Positions 1 through 9,203 of a DNA stretch of 57,082 nucleotides are shown here, in pieces. Positions within the stretch are counted from its first letter, which is position 1. Each line of letters starts with the position of its first letter. The stretch is taken from NCBI GenBank assembly GCA_018303625.1, contig JAGVXV010000003.1, positions 1 to 57,082 on the forward strand, read 5' to 3'. Below the pieces are notes generated by a model. It worked only from the letters and a program-made list of their open reading frames with translations, had not been told where the DNA came from and did no database searches. Origin of the DNA: Candidatus Woesearchaeota archaeon. Lineage in GTDB: Archaea > Nanobdellota > Nanobdellia > Woesearchaeales > GW2011-AR4. Position numbers and translations under genes: made by a program.

Positions 1-460
1 TTCTCCTGACTAAATTCTTTTTCTCAAAACCAGTAAGAATCTGGCTTACTTTTGCCTTTGAAAGGTCTGTCCTAAAGCGCAATGTTGTCTGGGTTATGCC
101 ATCCTGCTCTTTTATTGCATTAATGATCTTTTTTTCATTGTCATCAAGCATTTTCAGCATGAGCTCAAACTTATTAAGCTCAAGCTTGGTGTTTTTTTCC
201 TCTTCCAGCCTTTTCAGGATTGCTTCTTCGCCTTTGTTAAAGAACAATAAATAAAAGCCCAGTGCAAAAATAAAGGAAATAAGGCCAATTGCAATATGGG
301 ACATGTTGAGCAAAGAGCCAACTCTCTGGCAGCCTTCCTTGTTTTGGTAGCAGCCCAATTCACTGCCCTGCACATTCAGCCTGCCCATATAGCTGAATAA
401 AATGAAAGCAATGACTACTGCAAATCCAGTTAAAAGAAATCCAAGCTTCTTGTTTTCCAT
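1..460 (-). CDS. Membrane-anchored winged-helix transcriptional regulator (2 TM + C-terminal wHTH); runs off window start
   Basis: Manual translation MENKKLGFLL...GCYQNKEGC...LDDNEKKIINAIKEQDGITQTTLRFRTDLSKAKVSQIL; RBS GGGGGG; paralog of 11481..12023; absent from ORF track. Confidence 0.85.
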   Translation of the reverse strand, partial: MENKKLGFLLTGFAVVIAFILFSYMGRLNVQGSELGCYQNKEGCQRVGSLLNMSHIAIGLISFIFALGFYLLFFNKGEEAILKRLEEEKNTKLELNKFELMLKMLDDNEKKIINAIKEQDGITQTTLRFRTDLSKAKVSQILTGFEKKNLVRR

Positions 461-485
461 AATCCCCCCTTTTACCGTGAATTAT

Positions 486-3110
486 TTACTTTGATATAAA
501 AATATTGTGCTTTTTAAAAGGATACAAAACCCCTGCGGCAACCGGGATGCCAATTATATTGTAAATAAACGCCCAGAACAGGTTTTGCTTTATTTTTTTC
601 AAGGTATAGCGGCTTAAGTCAATAGCTGTGACAACATCCCTTAGGTCATTTTTAATCAAGACTATGTCTCCAGTTTCAATTGCGATGTCAGTCCCGGAGC
701 CTATTGCAATGCCCAAATCTGCCTGGGCCAAAGCAGGCGCGTCATTTATTCCATCGCCTACCATTGCAACCTTTTTCTTTTCTGCCTGCAGTTTTTTGAT
801 TTCATTTGCCTTCTCCTGCGGCAGAACTTCTGCCAGAACCCTGTCAATTCCAAGCTGCCTTGCTATTGCATTCGCAGTCCTTTCATTATCGCCGGTTATC
901 ATTGCAATTTCCTTGCCCATTTTATGCAATTGCCTTACCGCTTCCTTTGAGTATTCCTTTAAAGTGTCAGCCACTGCAATCATGCCTATAATCTTTTTAT
1001 TTAAAGCTACAATCATTACTGTTTTTCCCTCTTCCTCCAAAATTCTTATTTTATTTTCTAAATTTTCAATATTAATTTTATTTTTCCCAATTAATTTTCT
1101 ATTTCCCAATAAAATCTTATTATTTTTATAAAATGCCTCAACGCCTTTTCCTGTTATCGAATTGAATTTTTTTGGCTCGTCAATTTTTATTCTCAGATCT
1201 TTTGCCTTGTTCACAATTGCTTCTGCCAGAGGATGCTCCGACCTTTTTTCTGCAATTGCCGCAAATTTCAAGACATCTTTTCCCTTTCCATTTTTAATTG
1301 AAATTATGTCAGTAACTTCTGGCTTTCCTTTTGTTAATGTTCCAGTCTTGTCAAAAATAATTGTCTGTATGCTTTTAGCCAGCTGCAGGCTTTCAGCATT
1401 CTTGAACAAAATGCCGTTTTTAGCTCCTAAGCCGGTGCCTACCATTATGGCTGTCGGTGTTGCAAGGCCTAATGCGCAGGGGCATGCTATAATCAGAACA
1501 GCAATAAACACTGTTAAGGCAAAAACAAAGCCAAAGCCCAGAGAATACCATGCTAAAAATGCAATTACGCCTATAACAGCAACAATCGGCACGAAATAAG
1601 CTGAAATCAAATCTGCTAATCTCTGTATGGGAGCCTTGCTTCCCTGGGCTTCCTCAACCATCCTTACAATATGCGCCAGAACAGTATCTTTTCCCACCTT
1701 TGTTGCCTTGAACTTGAAGCTTCCAGTTTTATTTATAGTTGCTCCTATAACCTTGTCACCTTTTGCTTTTTCAACAGGGATGCTTTCACCGGTAACCATG
1801 CTTTCATCAACAGAGCTGTGGCCGTCAACAATAACTCCGTCAACAGGTATTTTTTCGCCAGGCTTGACAATAATTATGTCATTAACCACGACATCATCAA
1901 CATTAATTTTTTGCTCCCTGCCGTTTCTTATAACAACAGCGGTTTTTGCCTGCAACCCAAGAAGCTTTCTTATTGCTTCGGATGTTTTTCCTTTTGCAAT
2001 CGCCTCAAGCAGTTTTCCCAATAAAATGAACATAATAAGCAGGCCTGCAATTTCATAATACAGGTCATGAGCGCCGTAACCCTTCCCAAAAAACCAGATC
2101 AGCATCGAAATCACAAGGCTATAGGCATATGCAGCCCCTGTGCCAAGCGCAATTAAAGTATCCATGTTTGCAGTCCTGTTTTTTATCAGGCTCCTGAAGC
2201 CCCTCAAGAAGAATTCATATCCTACAACCATTATTGGTGTGGTTAATAAAAATTGTATAATAACGAGATTTTGCCCGATGTATCTAGGAATCTCCAGTCC
2301 AATCTGAGGCGCCATTACAAAATAAAGCAGGGGCAATCCCAAAACCAGAGAAATAAAAAATTTCCACTTTAATGCCTTTATTTCCTGCTGCCTGGCTTCC
2401 TTTTCCCTGTCAATATCCTCTTTAAATTCTTCAGGCTCGTAGCCTGCGTCAACTATTATTTTTTTTATTTTTTCAATTGAGACTTTTTCAGGATCAAAGT
2501 CAATTATCGCCCTTTCAATCGCAAAGCTCACATCAATGTTTTTTATTCCATCCAGTTTTCTCAGGCTGCTTTCAACCACGCCAGCGCAGTGCTGGGATGA
2601 CATGCCGCGGACGCGCAAAGTAATCATTCCTGTTCTGCCGCCGGTTTTAATGACATTATAGCCGACATCCTCAACTGCCTTTTCCAAATCATTTTCATTC
2701 GCTTTTCCGGCATCAAACTCAACAGCGGCTTTTTCAGAGGCAAAGTTTACATTTGCATCTTTTACTCCAGCAATTCTTTTCAGGGATTTTTCAATTGTCA
2801 TTGCGCAAGAAGCGCAATGCATTCCCTTTATGGGCAAAATTATCTTTTTTGTTTGTCCGTCAGATTCTTTTTTTATTATTAAATTCGCTGGAAAATCCTT
2901 TGGATTTTCGGCGTCCCGAAAATCTTCGATTTTCGTGGATTTTATTGATTCGTCTTTTAATGGTTTTTTAGATATTGTTACCTTCCTTTGACTTAAAAAC
3001 TTATCATAGCAGTTTTTTGAGCAGAAATAGTATTCTTTCCCTTTTCTAACTAGCTTGAACTTTGCCTTTTTTTCATCAACTTCCATTCTGCAGACTGGGT
3101 CTCTTGCCAT
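486..3110 (-). CDS. copA: Cu(I)-type P1B ATPase (YHS + 2 HMA domains), C-terminally truncated
   Basis: DPVC..YFCS YHS domain; GMHCASC; degenerate second HMA GMSSQHC; TGES, CPC, DKTGT, EHP, GDGIND, YN motifs; final helix with MxxSS missing. Confidence 0.95.
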   Translation of the reverse strand: MARDPVCRMEVDEKKAKFKLVRKGKEYYFCSKNCYDKFLSQRKVTISKKPLKDESIKSTKIEDFRDAENPKDFPANLIIKKESDGQTKKIILPIKGMHCASCAMTIEKSLKRIAGVKDANVNFASEKAAVEFDAGKANENDLEKAVEDVGYNVIKTGGRTGMITLRVRGMSSQHCAGVVESSLRKLDGIKNIDVSFAIERAIIDFDPEKVSIEKIKKIIVDAGYEPEEFKEDIDREKEARQQEIKALKWKFFISLVLGLPLLYFVMAPQIGLEIPRYIGQNLVIIQFLLTTPIMVVGYEFFLRGFRSLIKNRTANMDTLIALGTGAAYAYSLVISMLIWFFGKGYGAHDLYYEIAGLLIMFILLGKLLEAIAKGKTSEAIRKLLGLQAKTAVVIRNGREQKINVDDVVVNDIIIVKPGEKIPVDGVIVDGHSSVDESMVTGESIPVEKAKGDKVIGATINKTGSFKFKATKVGKDTVLAHIVRMVEEAQGSKAPIQRLADLISAYFVPIVAVIGVIAFLAWYSLGFGFVFALTVFIAVLIIACPCALGLATPTAIMVGTGLGAKNGILFKNAESLQLAKSIQTIIFDKTGTLTKGKPEVTDIISIKNGKGKDVLKFAAIAEKRSEHPLAEAIVNKAKDLRIKIDEPKKFNSITGKGVEAFYKNNKILLGNRKLIGKNKINIENLENKIRILEEEGKTVMIVALNKKIIGMIAVADTLKEYSKEAVRQLHKMGKEIAMITGDNERTANAIARQLGIDRVLAEVLPQEKANEIKKLQAEKKKVAMVGDGINDAPALAQADLGIAIGSGTDIAIETGDIVLIKNDLRDVVTAIDLSRYTLKKIKQNLFWAFIYNIIGIPVAAGVLYPFKKHNIFISK

Positions 3111-3131
3111 TTATTCTTTGCAATCTCCTGT

Positions 3132-3332
3132 TTATTGGCTTTTATTGTTTATGCCAAGCAAATTGTGCAGCCAGCACCAGCCGAAAAAGCTCTCGACCAA
3201 TGCAATCCAGCCAACAACAAAAATCGCCCAGTTTACCCATTCAATGCTGTATTGCAGCTTCCATGGCCCCAGCCACCAAAATGCCAGTGCAAACCTCAAA
3301 ACCCTGTCCGTTTTGCCCAAATTTTGCTTCAT
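3132..3332 (-). CDS. DUF2892/YgaP-like small membrane protein
   Basis: MKQNLGKTDRVLR...FGWCWLHNLLGIN pattern; start chosen from RBS GGAGG. Confidence 0.8.
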   Translation of the reverse strand: MKQNLGKTDRVLRFALAFWWLGPWKLQYSIEWVNWAIFVVGWIALVESFFGWCWLHNLLGINNKSQ

Positions 3333-3371
3333 TTTTTCGCCCTCCTGCTTTGCAAAAAACATCAGTCTATC

Positions 3372-3878
3372 TCAATAGTCCTTAGCCTTATCTGTTACAG
3401 ATTCCTGCTGCTTTCTTATTTCTTCTTCGCTTTCAGCTCCGTAAGTTACCAGTATTTTGTCCAAATCATTTATGACGTAATCAGCAGGGCTGTATAACTG
3501 CTCCCAATTTCCGCCTTGGGGATTGAGGTAAACTTTTAATGTAGCGCTTCCAAGGCTGCAGTATTTGTTTCCAGCGTCAACCTTAATGCATTCATTGTCA
3601 ATTTCAAAGTTCAAAGTTTTCAAAAAAAATCCTAGTGCAATGCCGGTTGCATGCGTATGCAGGACATCGCCGTCATTGTTCTCTACATGCGTTAAATCAT
3701 GCTTTACCATGTATTGCGGCCTTGAAAAGTCAAGGGCATTTCCCAAGATATATACTTTGAAGTCAGCATGCTGATGCGCAGAGTTTAAAGGGCCAAACTT
3801 TTCTTTTTTCGCGCAGCCTGTTACAACTATAATAAAAATTAATAAAAAATAAAGTGCTATTTTATTTGTTTTTTTCAT
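3372..3878 (-). CDS. Lipoprotein with HxH...H...HxH motifs, function unknown
   Basis: Lipobox VVTGC; HQHADFKVYI, THVE, VLHTHA; paralog of 13388..14146. Confidence 0.8.
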   Translation of the reverse strand: MKKTNKIALYFLLIFIIVVTGCAKKEKFGPLNSAHQHADFKVYILGNALDFSRPQYMVKHDLTHVENNDGDVLHTHATGIALGFFLKTLNFEIDNECIKVDAGNKYCSLGSATLKVYLNPQGGNWEQLYSPADYVINDLDKILVTYGAESEEEIRKQQESVTDKAKDY

Positions 3879-3911
3879 TTAATTATTGTTTATTTTATGA
3901 TTTAAAATTTT

Positions 3912-4073
3912 TTATTGGTGCTTTCTGATTTTTTTAATCTCAGCCAAAAGCTTCGAAGGCATGGGCATGCATGAGCATTTTTTTGCATGCTCAATGTGCC
4001 ATTTAATCCTTTCCTCTGTTGTTGCATTTTTTGGCATTTTATGGTTTTTATGCCACTCTTTGTTTATTTGCAT
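3912..4073 (-). CDS. Small 53-aa His/Cys protein
   Basis: MQINKEWHKNHKMPKNATTEERIKWHIEHAKKCSCMPMPSKLL...; fills the operon gap 3 nt after the SDR stop. Confidence 0.75.
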   Translation of the reverse strand: MQINKEWHKNHKMPKNATTEERIKWHIEHAKKCSCMPMPSKLLAEIKKIRKHQ

Positions 4074-4076
4074 CTT

Positions 4077-4835
4077 CTATCTTGCTGTCCATCCGCCATC
4101 AACAACTAAGTTGTGGCCTGTTATGAAGCTTGATTCATCCATGGCCAGAAAAACAGCGGCATTCCCTATGTCTTCAGGCTGCCCAAACCTCCCGACAGGC
4201 GTATTCTCCATAAGCGATTTATTTGTTTTTTTATCCCCAAGCATGCCTTTTGTCATGTCGGTTACAATAACTCCGGGATTGATTGCATTAACTGTTATGC
4301 CGTCTTTTGCATGGTCTAAAGCAGCTTCCCTTGTGAATTCAGTCACGCCTCCCTTAGATGCGCAGTAAGCGCTTATTCCAGGAAAGCCAACCAAACCGGC
4401 AATTGAGGATATGTTAATTATCCTTCCCCCGTTTCCCTGCTTTTTCATTTGCTGGACTGCATACTTTGTGCCGAAAAACACGCCTTTGAGGTTGACTGCC
4501 ATCTGCCTATCCCATTCTTTTTCTGTCAATTGCTCCACAGTGCCAAAAACAAGGATTCCTGCATTATTCGCCATTATGTCCAGCTTTCCGAATTTTTCAA
4601 CAGCTTTTTTTATTAAATTTTTCATGTCTTTTTCCTTTGAGACATCGGCCTTCACAAATATTGCGTCGCTGCCGAGATTTTTTATTTCCCTGACAACCTC
4701 GTCTGCATCTTTGCCATGCACATGCGAATTAACAACAACCTTGCATCCTTCATTCGCAAATGCGATTGCAATGCCTTTTCCAATTCCGCGATTTGAGCCT
4801 GTCACAACTGCAACCTTGCCATTCAGCCTTTTCAT
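4077..4835 (-). CDS. Short-chain dehydrogenase/reductase (FabG/glucose dehydrogenase-like)
   Basis: TGSNRGIG, NNAG, YCASK, VDGG; RBS GAGGTGG. Confidence 0.95.
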   Translation of the reverse strand: MKRLNGKVAVVTGSNRGIGKGIAIAFANEGCKVVVNSHVHGKDADEVVREIKNLGSDAIFVKADVSKEKDMKNLIKKAVEKFGKLDIMANNAGILVFGTVEQLTEKEWDRQMAVNLKGVFFGTKYAVQQMKKQGNGGRIINISSIAGLVGFPGISAYCASKGGVTEFTREAALDHAKDGITVNAINPGVIVTDMTKGMLGDKKTNKSLMENTPVGRFGQPEDIGNAAVFLAMDESSFITGHNLVVDGGWTAR

Positions 4836-4851
4836 TTTTTCCACCTCGTTT

Positions 4852-5286
4852 TCAAGCCCATTCAAATACCCTTTCCTCAATATTGGGAATACCATTTATA
4901 ATTATTTTGAAATTTTCCGGCAATTTACCGATATTAAATATTAATTCTCCTGAGGTGTGATGGCCGCTTAGTGCCGGCGCTGATGAAGGCTTAATCTGAT
5001 TTTCATTATACTCCAAAGTTGTTAGCTGCATCAAATCAAACCGGCCAAGGTCTACTGAATGGGTGTTGGCTACAAGATTAACTACAAATTTCCCGTCTTT
5101 CATGCCAGCAGGTGTTAATTCAATCAAAACATCATTCATTTGAGTGCTGCCCGTAGCAACAGTGTTTAATTTCTTGTTTTCAATTGCATTTTGGCTGTTT
5201 TTCTGCAATTCCGGGCTGGTGCACCCATTAATCATTAAAAATAAAAAAATAACAAGTAGAATAATAATGGCTCTTTTATTTTTCAT
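4852..5286 (-). CDS. Lipoprotein, THSVDL/GHH motif, function unknown
   Basis: Lipobox MINGC; NTHSVDL and SGHHTSG motifs. Confidence 0.75.
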   Translation of the reverse strand: MKNKRAIIILLVIFLFLMINGCTSPELQKNSQNAIENKKLNTVATGSTQMNDVLIELTPAGMKDGKFVVNLVANTHSVDLGRFDLMQLTTLEYNENQIKPSSAPALSGHHTSGELIFNIGKLPENFKIIINGIPNIEERVFEWA

Positions 5287-5698
5287 GCTCGCACCTTTTT
5301 TTCTCTATTTTTTCCTTAATAAAAAATGAAATTCCTGCTAATGCCAGAATTCCCCCTATAGTCCAGAAAAAAACTGAAAATTTCTGCAATGGCTGGAAAG
5401 GGATTCCTGCTACAAGGAGGCCAGAATTCAATATAATTAAATTCTTAGAAATGCATTTTTTCCTTGTGTAAATTAAAATTGTAACAAAAAGCAAAATGAC
5501 TGCAATAGTCCACATCGGAACTGCTATCTTTGTAAAAAAGAGCAAAGGCATTCCGACAACTGTTATTCCTATAACTCCAAGCAATGCTATGAGCCCTAAG
5601 CAGATATTATGGCAGACCTGCCACGAGCCCAGGATGCTTGCAGCTCCTGATAAGCTCCCTGTTGCCCCTATTATTTTTTCCTTCAGGTTTTTTGCCAT
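5276..5698 (-). CDS. Multi-TM membrane protein with QVCHNxC motif
   Basis: Hydrophobic; paralog of 12958..13386. Confidence 0.8.
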   Translation of the reverse strand: MAKNLKEKIIGATGSLSGAASILGSWQVCHNICLGLIALLGVIGITVVGMPLLFFTKIAVPMWTIAVILLFVTILIYTRKKCISKNLIILNSGLLVAGIPFQPLQKFSVFFWTIGGILALAGISFFIKEKIEKKRCEHEK

Positions 5699-5760
5699 GC
5701 ATTCCAAAATTAATAATTTTTTATTCAATTAAAAAATAAAGTACATAAAAAAATAAAAAT

Positions 5761-5793
5761 TCAGCAGCAGCCTTTTGTTTTTCCTTTTCCCAT
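5761..5793 (-). CDS. Candidate 10-aa micropeptide MGKGKTKGCC
   Basis: GGAGGT RBS just after the OsmC stop; ATG...TGC TGC TGA. Confidence 0.45.
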   Translation of the reverse strand: MGKGKTKGCC

Positions 5794-5809
5794 TTTACCA
5801 ACCTCCAAA

Positions 5810-6319
5810 TTACTTTATTTCCAGCTTTATAGCATTAGTCAGGCAATAAACCCCAGGGCATCTTTGTCCTGCCAGTTTTTTGATTTCATCCAAGTTCTCC
5901 CCCTTTTCTCCTGAGGCTTTTACTTCTAAGATAGCTTTTTCGACAATTGGCTCGTTGCTTAATCCTAAAGCCTTGCTTAAGTTCACCTTGTTTTCAGCGG
6001 CAACATTCAACTGCTTAAGCTTAATGCCTTTTTCCGCAGCTATAGAGGCAAATGTCTGCGCATAGCAGGCTGCCAGGCCAAACAGGCAGTACTGCACCGG
6101 ATCCGGCTTAATTCCAGAGCCTCCCATAAAAACAGGTCCATCTGCTTCAACAACTGTGGAGCCCTGCGCATGCTCTAAGGTCGAAGTAAACTGGACTTTT
6201 CCATCTTTTAGGTTCCAAGTTCCTTCGATTCTTTTAATTTTCAGCGCTTTGCTTTTGTCCTTTTTGGCCTCTTCAACAAATGCGGCTGCCCTTCCTAAAT
6301 CTACATTGTTTATTTTGAT
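5810..6319 (-). CDS. OsmC/Ohr-family protein (probable ATC start)
   Basis: Open frame IKINNVDL...ADGPVFMGGSGIKPDPVQYCLFGLAACY...RCPG; frame extends 64 codons upstream of the first ATG. Confidence 0.85.
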   Translation of the reverse strand: MKINNVDLGRAAAFVEEAKKDKSKALKIKRIEGTWNLKDGKVQFTSTLEHAQGSTVVEADGPVFMGGSGIKPDPVQYCLFGLAACYAQTFASIAAEKGIKLKQLNVAAENKVNLSKALGLSNEPIVEKAILEVKASGEKGENLDEIKKLAGQRCPGVYCLTNAIKLEIK

Positions 6320-6321
6320 TT

Positions 6322-6942
6322 TTAAACCCCCTTTCCTTTGAATACGCTATATATGAAAATTTGACTAACTCCCCAAGGAGTTGTATGCTCCTCTTCAAAG
6401 CTTTTTATATGCTCAAAATCACTGAACAGTTTTTTCATAGAATCTTCAGAGTATTGATTTATATCCAGCCCACTGCATTTTTTTGGCCCATTCTCTGAAA
6501 ATGTTGAAAGAATTAAGCAACCATTTGGTTTTAAGGATCGCCTTACAACTTCTGCATATTTATTAATGTCCTCTTCTCTTGTTAAGAAATGAAGCACCGC
6601 CCTGTCATGCCAGAGGCCATATCTGTCGCTTGTTTCAAATTCCCTTAAATCAGATACCACCCATTTAACAGCGTTTGCTCTATTCCCTAGCCTTTTCTTT
6701 GCTTTTTCCAACGCCGCAGATGATACATCTAAAATAGTTATATTTCTAAAACCAATATTAAGAAGATTATCTACAAGATTTGAATCTCCAGCGCCAATGT
6801 CAATAATCCTACTATCTTTATCCAAACCGGTTTCAGCTATCAAATTAAGCGACGTTTTGGGTTTTTCCTGATACCAGCTTACTTCATTAGGCTTTTTTGT
6901 TTGATAAATGCTTTCCCAGTGTGCTTTTGCATCATACGTCAT
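6322..6942 (-). CDS. Class I SAM-dependent methyltransferase
   Basis: IIDIGAGDS, WHDRAVLHF, GPKKCSGL motifs. Confidence 0.9.
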   Translation of the reverse strand: MTYDAKAHWESIYQTKKPNEVSWYQEKPKTSLNLIAETGLDKDSRIIDIGAGDSNLVDNLLNIGFRNITILDVSSAALEKAKKRLGNRANAVKWVVSDLREFETSDRYGLWHDRAVLHFLTREEDINKYAEVVRRSLKPNGCLILSTFSENGPKKCSGLDINQYSEDSMKKLFSDFEHIKSFEEEHTTPWGVSQIFIYSVFKGKGV

Positions 6943-6954
6943 TTTTTGTTGCCT

Positions 6955-7503
6955 TCATTTTTCCTGCTTTTTCTTGGGCAAGCTTCTCCATAGCTTTATA
7001 ATCCACAAGTAGACCAGGATAATGAGCCCAATGACTAAAACCAGGTATAGAAAATTAAAAAATCCCCAGTAGCCGTAGCCTCCCATCATTCCAGAGCCGT
7101 AATTTCCCATCATGCCGTATCCCATCATTCCACCTCCATAGTTTTTTCCATAACCCATCATTCCTTGCCCCATCATCATTCCCATCATCCCATACTGCGC
7201 CATTCCGCTTATGTCATTGCAATATATTCTTTTTGCCATTGCAATGTGCATTTGTTTCAAGCTTTCAGAGCCCTCGCCGCCCATCATCTCGTCCATAACC
7301 TCATGCGCTTCCCCGGGGTGCATCTGCTCCATATAATAATCGCCCATAGCCTCAAGCTGGCTTTCGCTTAATTCTGAGCATGGGGTCTTGGCGTCAATAA
7401 TCTGCTTTGCCTCTTCAAATTCCTCCATATCGGCAAAAACAATCCCGATACTAAATAAAGCAATCAAAACATACAAAAAATAATTTTTTTTCAAATTAAT
7501 CAC
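6955..7503 (-). CDS. Exported Met/His/Gly-rich protein with C-terminal TM helix
   Basis: Signal peptide; MEQMHPGEAHEVMDEMMGGEGSESLKQMH; GMMG repeats; start may be TTG a few codons downstream. Confidence 0.8.
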   Translation of the reverse strand: MINLKKNYFLYVLIALFSIGIVFADMEEFEEAKQIIDAKTPCSELSESQLEAMGDYYMEQMHPGEAHEVMDEMMGGEGSESLKQMHIAMAKRIYCNDISGMAQYGMMGMMMGQGMMGYGKNYGGGMMGYGMMGNYGSGMMGGYGYWGFFNFLYLVLVIGLIILVYLWIIKLWRSLPKKKQEK

Positions 7504-7567
7504 CTCAAGTTAATATGTCCTACTTTGGTGCTTTGTAATACCATCTTATATTTAAACTTTTTGATTT

Positions 7568-7584
7568 ATATCCGATTTGGATAT
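7568..7584. promoter_or_regulatory. Palindrome ATATCC-N5-GGATAT in divergent promoter, candidate PadR operator
   Basis: Inverted repeat between two oppositely oriented TATA-like boxes. Confidence 0.5.
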
Positions 7585-7630
7585 GTCAAAAAAAGAAAGA
7601 TATTTATATCCAATTGAATTAATTGTAGTT

Positions 7631-8053
7631 ATGCCAAAGGTGAAAGTAAACAATATGGTGAAATTCTGCACCTTGTACCTCCTGGCTTCCGGCCCGAAGC
7701 ATGGCTACGAATTAATGAAGGAGCTTGAGGACAAATTGGGAAGAAACATAAGCGCGAGCAATGTCTACCCTTTTCTGGATACATTGATAAAAAATAAGCT
7801 GATAAAAATTAAAAAAACTGGGAAAAGGGAGAAAAAAACCTATGCTCTGACAAATGAAGGCAGGAAATTTGCAAAAAACATGTTTAACAGGTTTGGAGAT
7901 TTGATTGACATTGCTATAGAGCCTAGATTAACTGCATGCGCTCACTGCAACTGCAAGGTATTTGAAGGTGGCCACACAGAGAAAGTCAAAGGAAAAGCAT
8001 TGAAATTCTGCTGCATGCACTGCGCAAGCTCCTATAAAAGGCACCATAATTAA
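7631..8053 (+). CDS. PadR-family regulator with C-terminal Cys-rich (TRASH-like) domain
   Basis: PKHGYELMK...VYPFL...KKTYALTNEG; CAHCNC...FCCMHC; start chosen from TATA position. Confidence 0.88.
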   Translation: MPKVKVNNMVKFCTLYLLASGPKHGYELMKELEDKLGRNISASNVYPFLDTLIKNKLIKIKKTGKREKKTYALTNEGRKFAKNMFNRFGDLIDIAIEPRLTACAHCNCKVFEGGHTEKVKGKALKFCCMHCASSYKRHHN

Positions 8054-8054
8054 A

Positions 8055-8216
8055 ATGGTAAAAACAATAGAAAAAAACAACAAAAAATATTTTCAGTGCG
8101 AAATATGCGGATTTGTGTATAAAACTAAAGAATTAGCGCAGAAATGCGAAGTATGGTGTGAGAAATACAAAAGCTGCAATGTGGAAATTACAAAGTATGC
8201 TGTCAGTCTTGAGTAA
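8055..8216 (+). CDS. Small Cys-rich zinc-finger-like protein (53 aa)
   Basis: MVKTIEKNNKKYFQCEICGFVY...AQKCEVWCEKYKSCNVEITKYAV; starts 1 nt after the PadR stop. Confidence 0.8.
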   Translation: MVKTIEKNNKKYFQCEICGFVYKTKELAQKCEVWCEKYKSCNVEITKYAVSLE

Positions 8217-8220
8217 ATTC

Positions 8221-8604
8221 CTACTCAAACCCGAATCCTTTATTTGCCCAGTCTATTGTGCCGCCAAGATGGTTGTAGACATTCTTGTAGCCGAGCTTTG
8301 CAAGGGTTTCAGCAGCAGTTTTGCTCATGCTGCCCGAGCGGCAGTATAATGCTATTTTTGCGTTTTTATCCTTTGGCAACCTGCCAGTGTTCTGCTCTAT
8401 CTCATTATACGGAATAAACGCATCTGTGCCTTTTATGTGTTTTTGCTCGGGGATATGGACATCAACCAGAAAAATATCTTGTTCATTCATTAAATTGTTG
8501 AGTTCCTCGCTTGTAATGTCCTTATAGCCTGTTATTTTTTCGTCAGAAGCGCAGCCATAAACCAATGTAGGCAATAAAATCAAGATTATCAACAAATTTT
8601 TCAT
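8221..8604 (-). CDS. Rhodanese-domain lipoprotein
   Basis: Lipobox LVYGC; HIKG, YCRSGSMS active-site loop, LGGTIDW. Confidence 0.9.
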   Translation of the reverse strand: MKNLLIILILLPTLVYGCASDEKITGYKDITSEELNNLMNEQDIFLVDVHIPEQKHIKGTDAFIPYNEIEQNTGRLPKDKNAKIALYCRSGSMSKTAAETLAKLGYKNVYNHLGGTIDWANKGFGFE

Positions 8605-8698
8605 TTTCTTCCTTTTTAACAATACCCCTGTATCTTTTGTGCGAAGCACATATTTAAAGATTTACTTCCCAAACATAAACAACAAATGATTTAAACTC

Positions 8699-9202
8699 TT
8701 ACCATTCCTTGCAGCAATCAATGATTTTTTTCATTAAATCCGACAATTTTGAAAAATATGTTTTCTCCTTGCTGAAATTTTCATCAGCAATTAATTTTTC
8801 CGGCTTAATCATCTTGAGGTTTATTGCAAAAAACAATGAATAAAGGTTAAACGCCTGTGTAAAGAATTTGTTTGCTTCCTCTTTATCTCCTTTTGAAAAC
8901 TCTTTTGTCCCTACTTCAATAAGGCGCATGCTTGCTGCAAGGAGATGCTTGCTTATGCACCATTCCTCGCCTTCAGGGTTTTTTACAATTTTTTTCATCA
9001 ATTCTTTCCTTGTTTCCCTTACGGAATGAAGCATATTGAGGTATTTCTGGTCTTCTGTCTTTACGGCAGTAAAGAAAAAATGCTCCTCAAGGCTTATAAG
9101 GTTCATCAATGCAATGCTTAAATCCTCGTCCCTTGACAGATCAACATTGCCGTTCTTTATTTCCTGGATTTTCTCCATCCATTGCTTTACTTCATTTTCC
9201 AT
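8699..9202 (-). CDS. Hypothetical helical protein (EEH...WCISKH...DCC)
   Basis: Long ORF in operon; potential metal ligands. Confidence 0.75.
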   Translation of the reverse strand: MENEVKQWMEKIQEIKNGNVDLSRDEDLSIALMNLISLEEHFFFTAVKTEDQKYLNMLHSVRETRKELMKKIVKNPEGEEWCISKHLLAASMRLIEVGTKEFSKGDKEEANKFFTQAFNLYSLFFAINLKMIKPEKLIADENFSKEKTYFSKLSDLMKKIIDCCKEW

Positions 9203-9203
9203 T

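Noticed and set aside
628-3497. Plus-strand ORFs overlapping copA, and similar antisense ORFs elsewhere (e.g. 38588..39217, 44910..45539)
   Set aside because: Shadow frames of well-supported genes, with no motifs or RBS.
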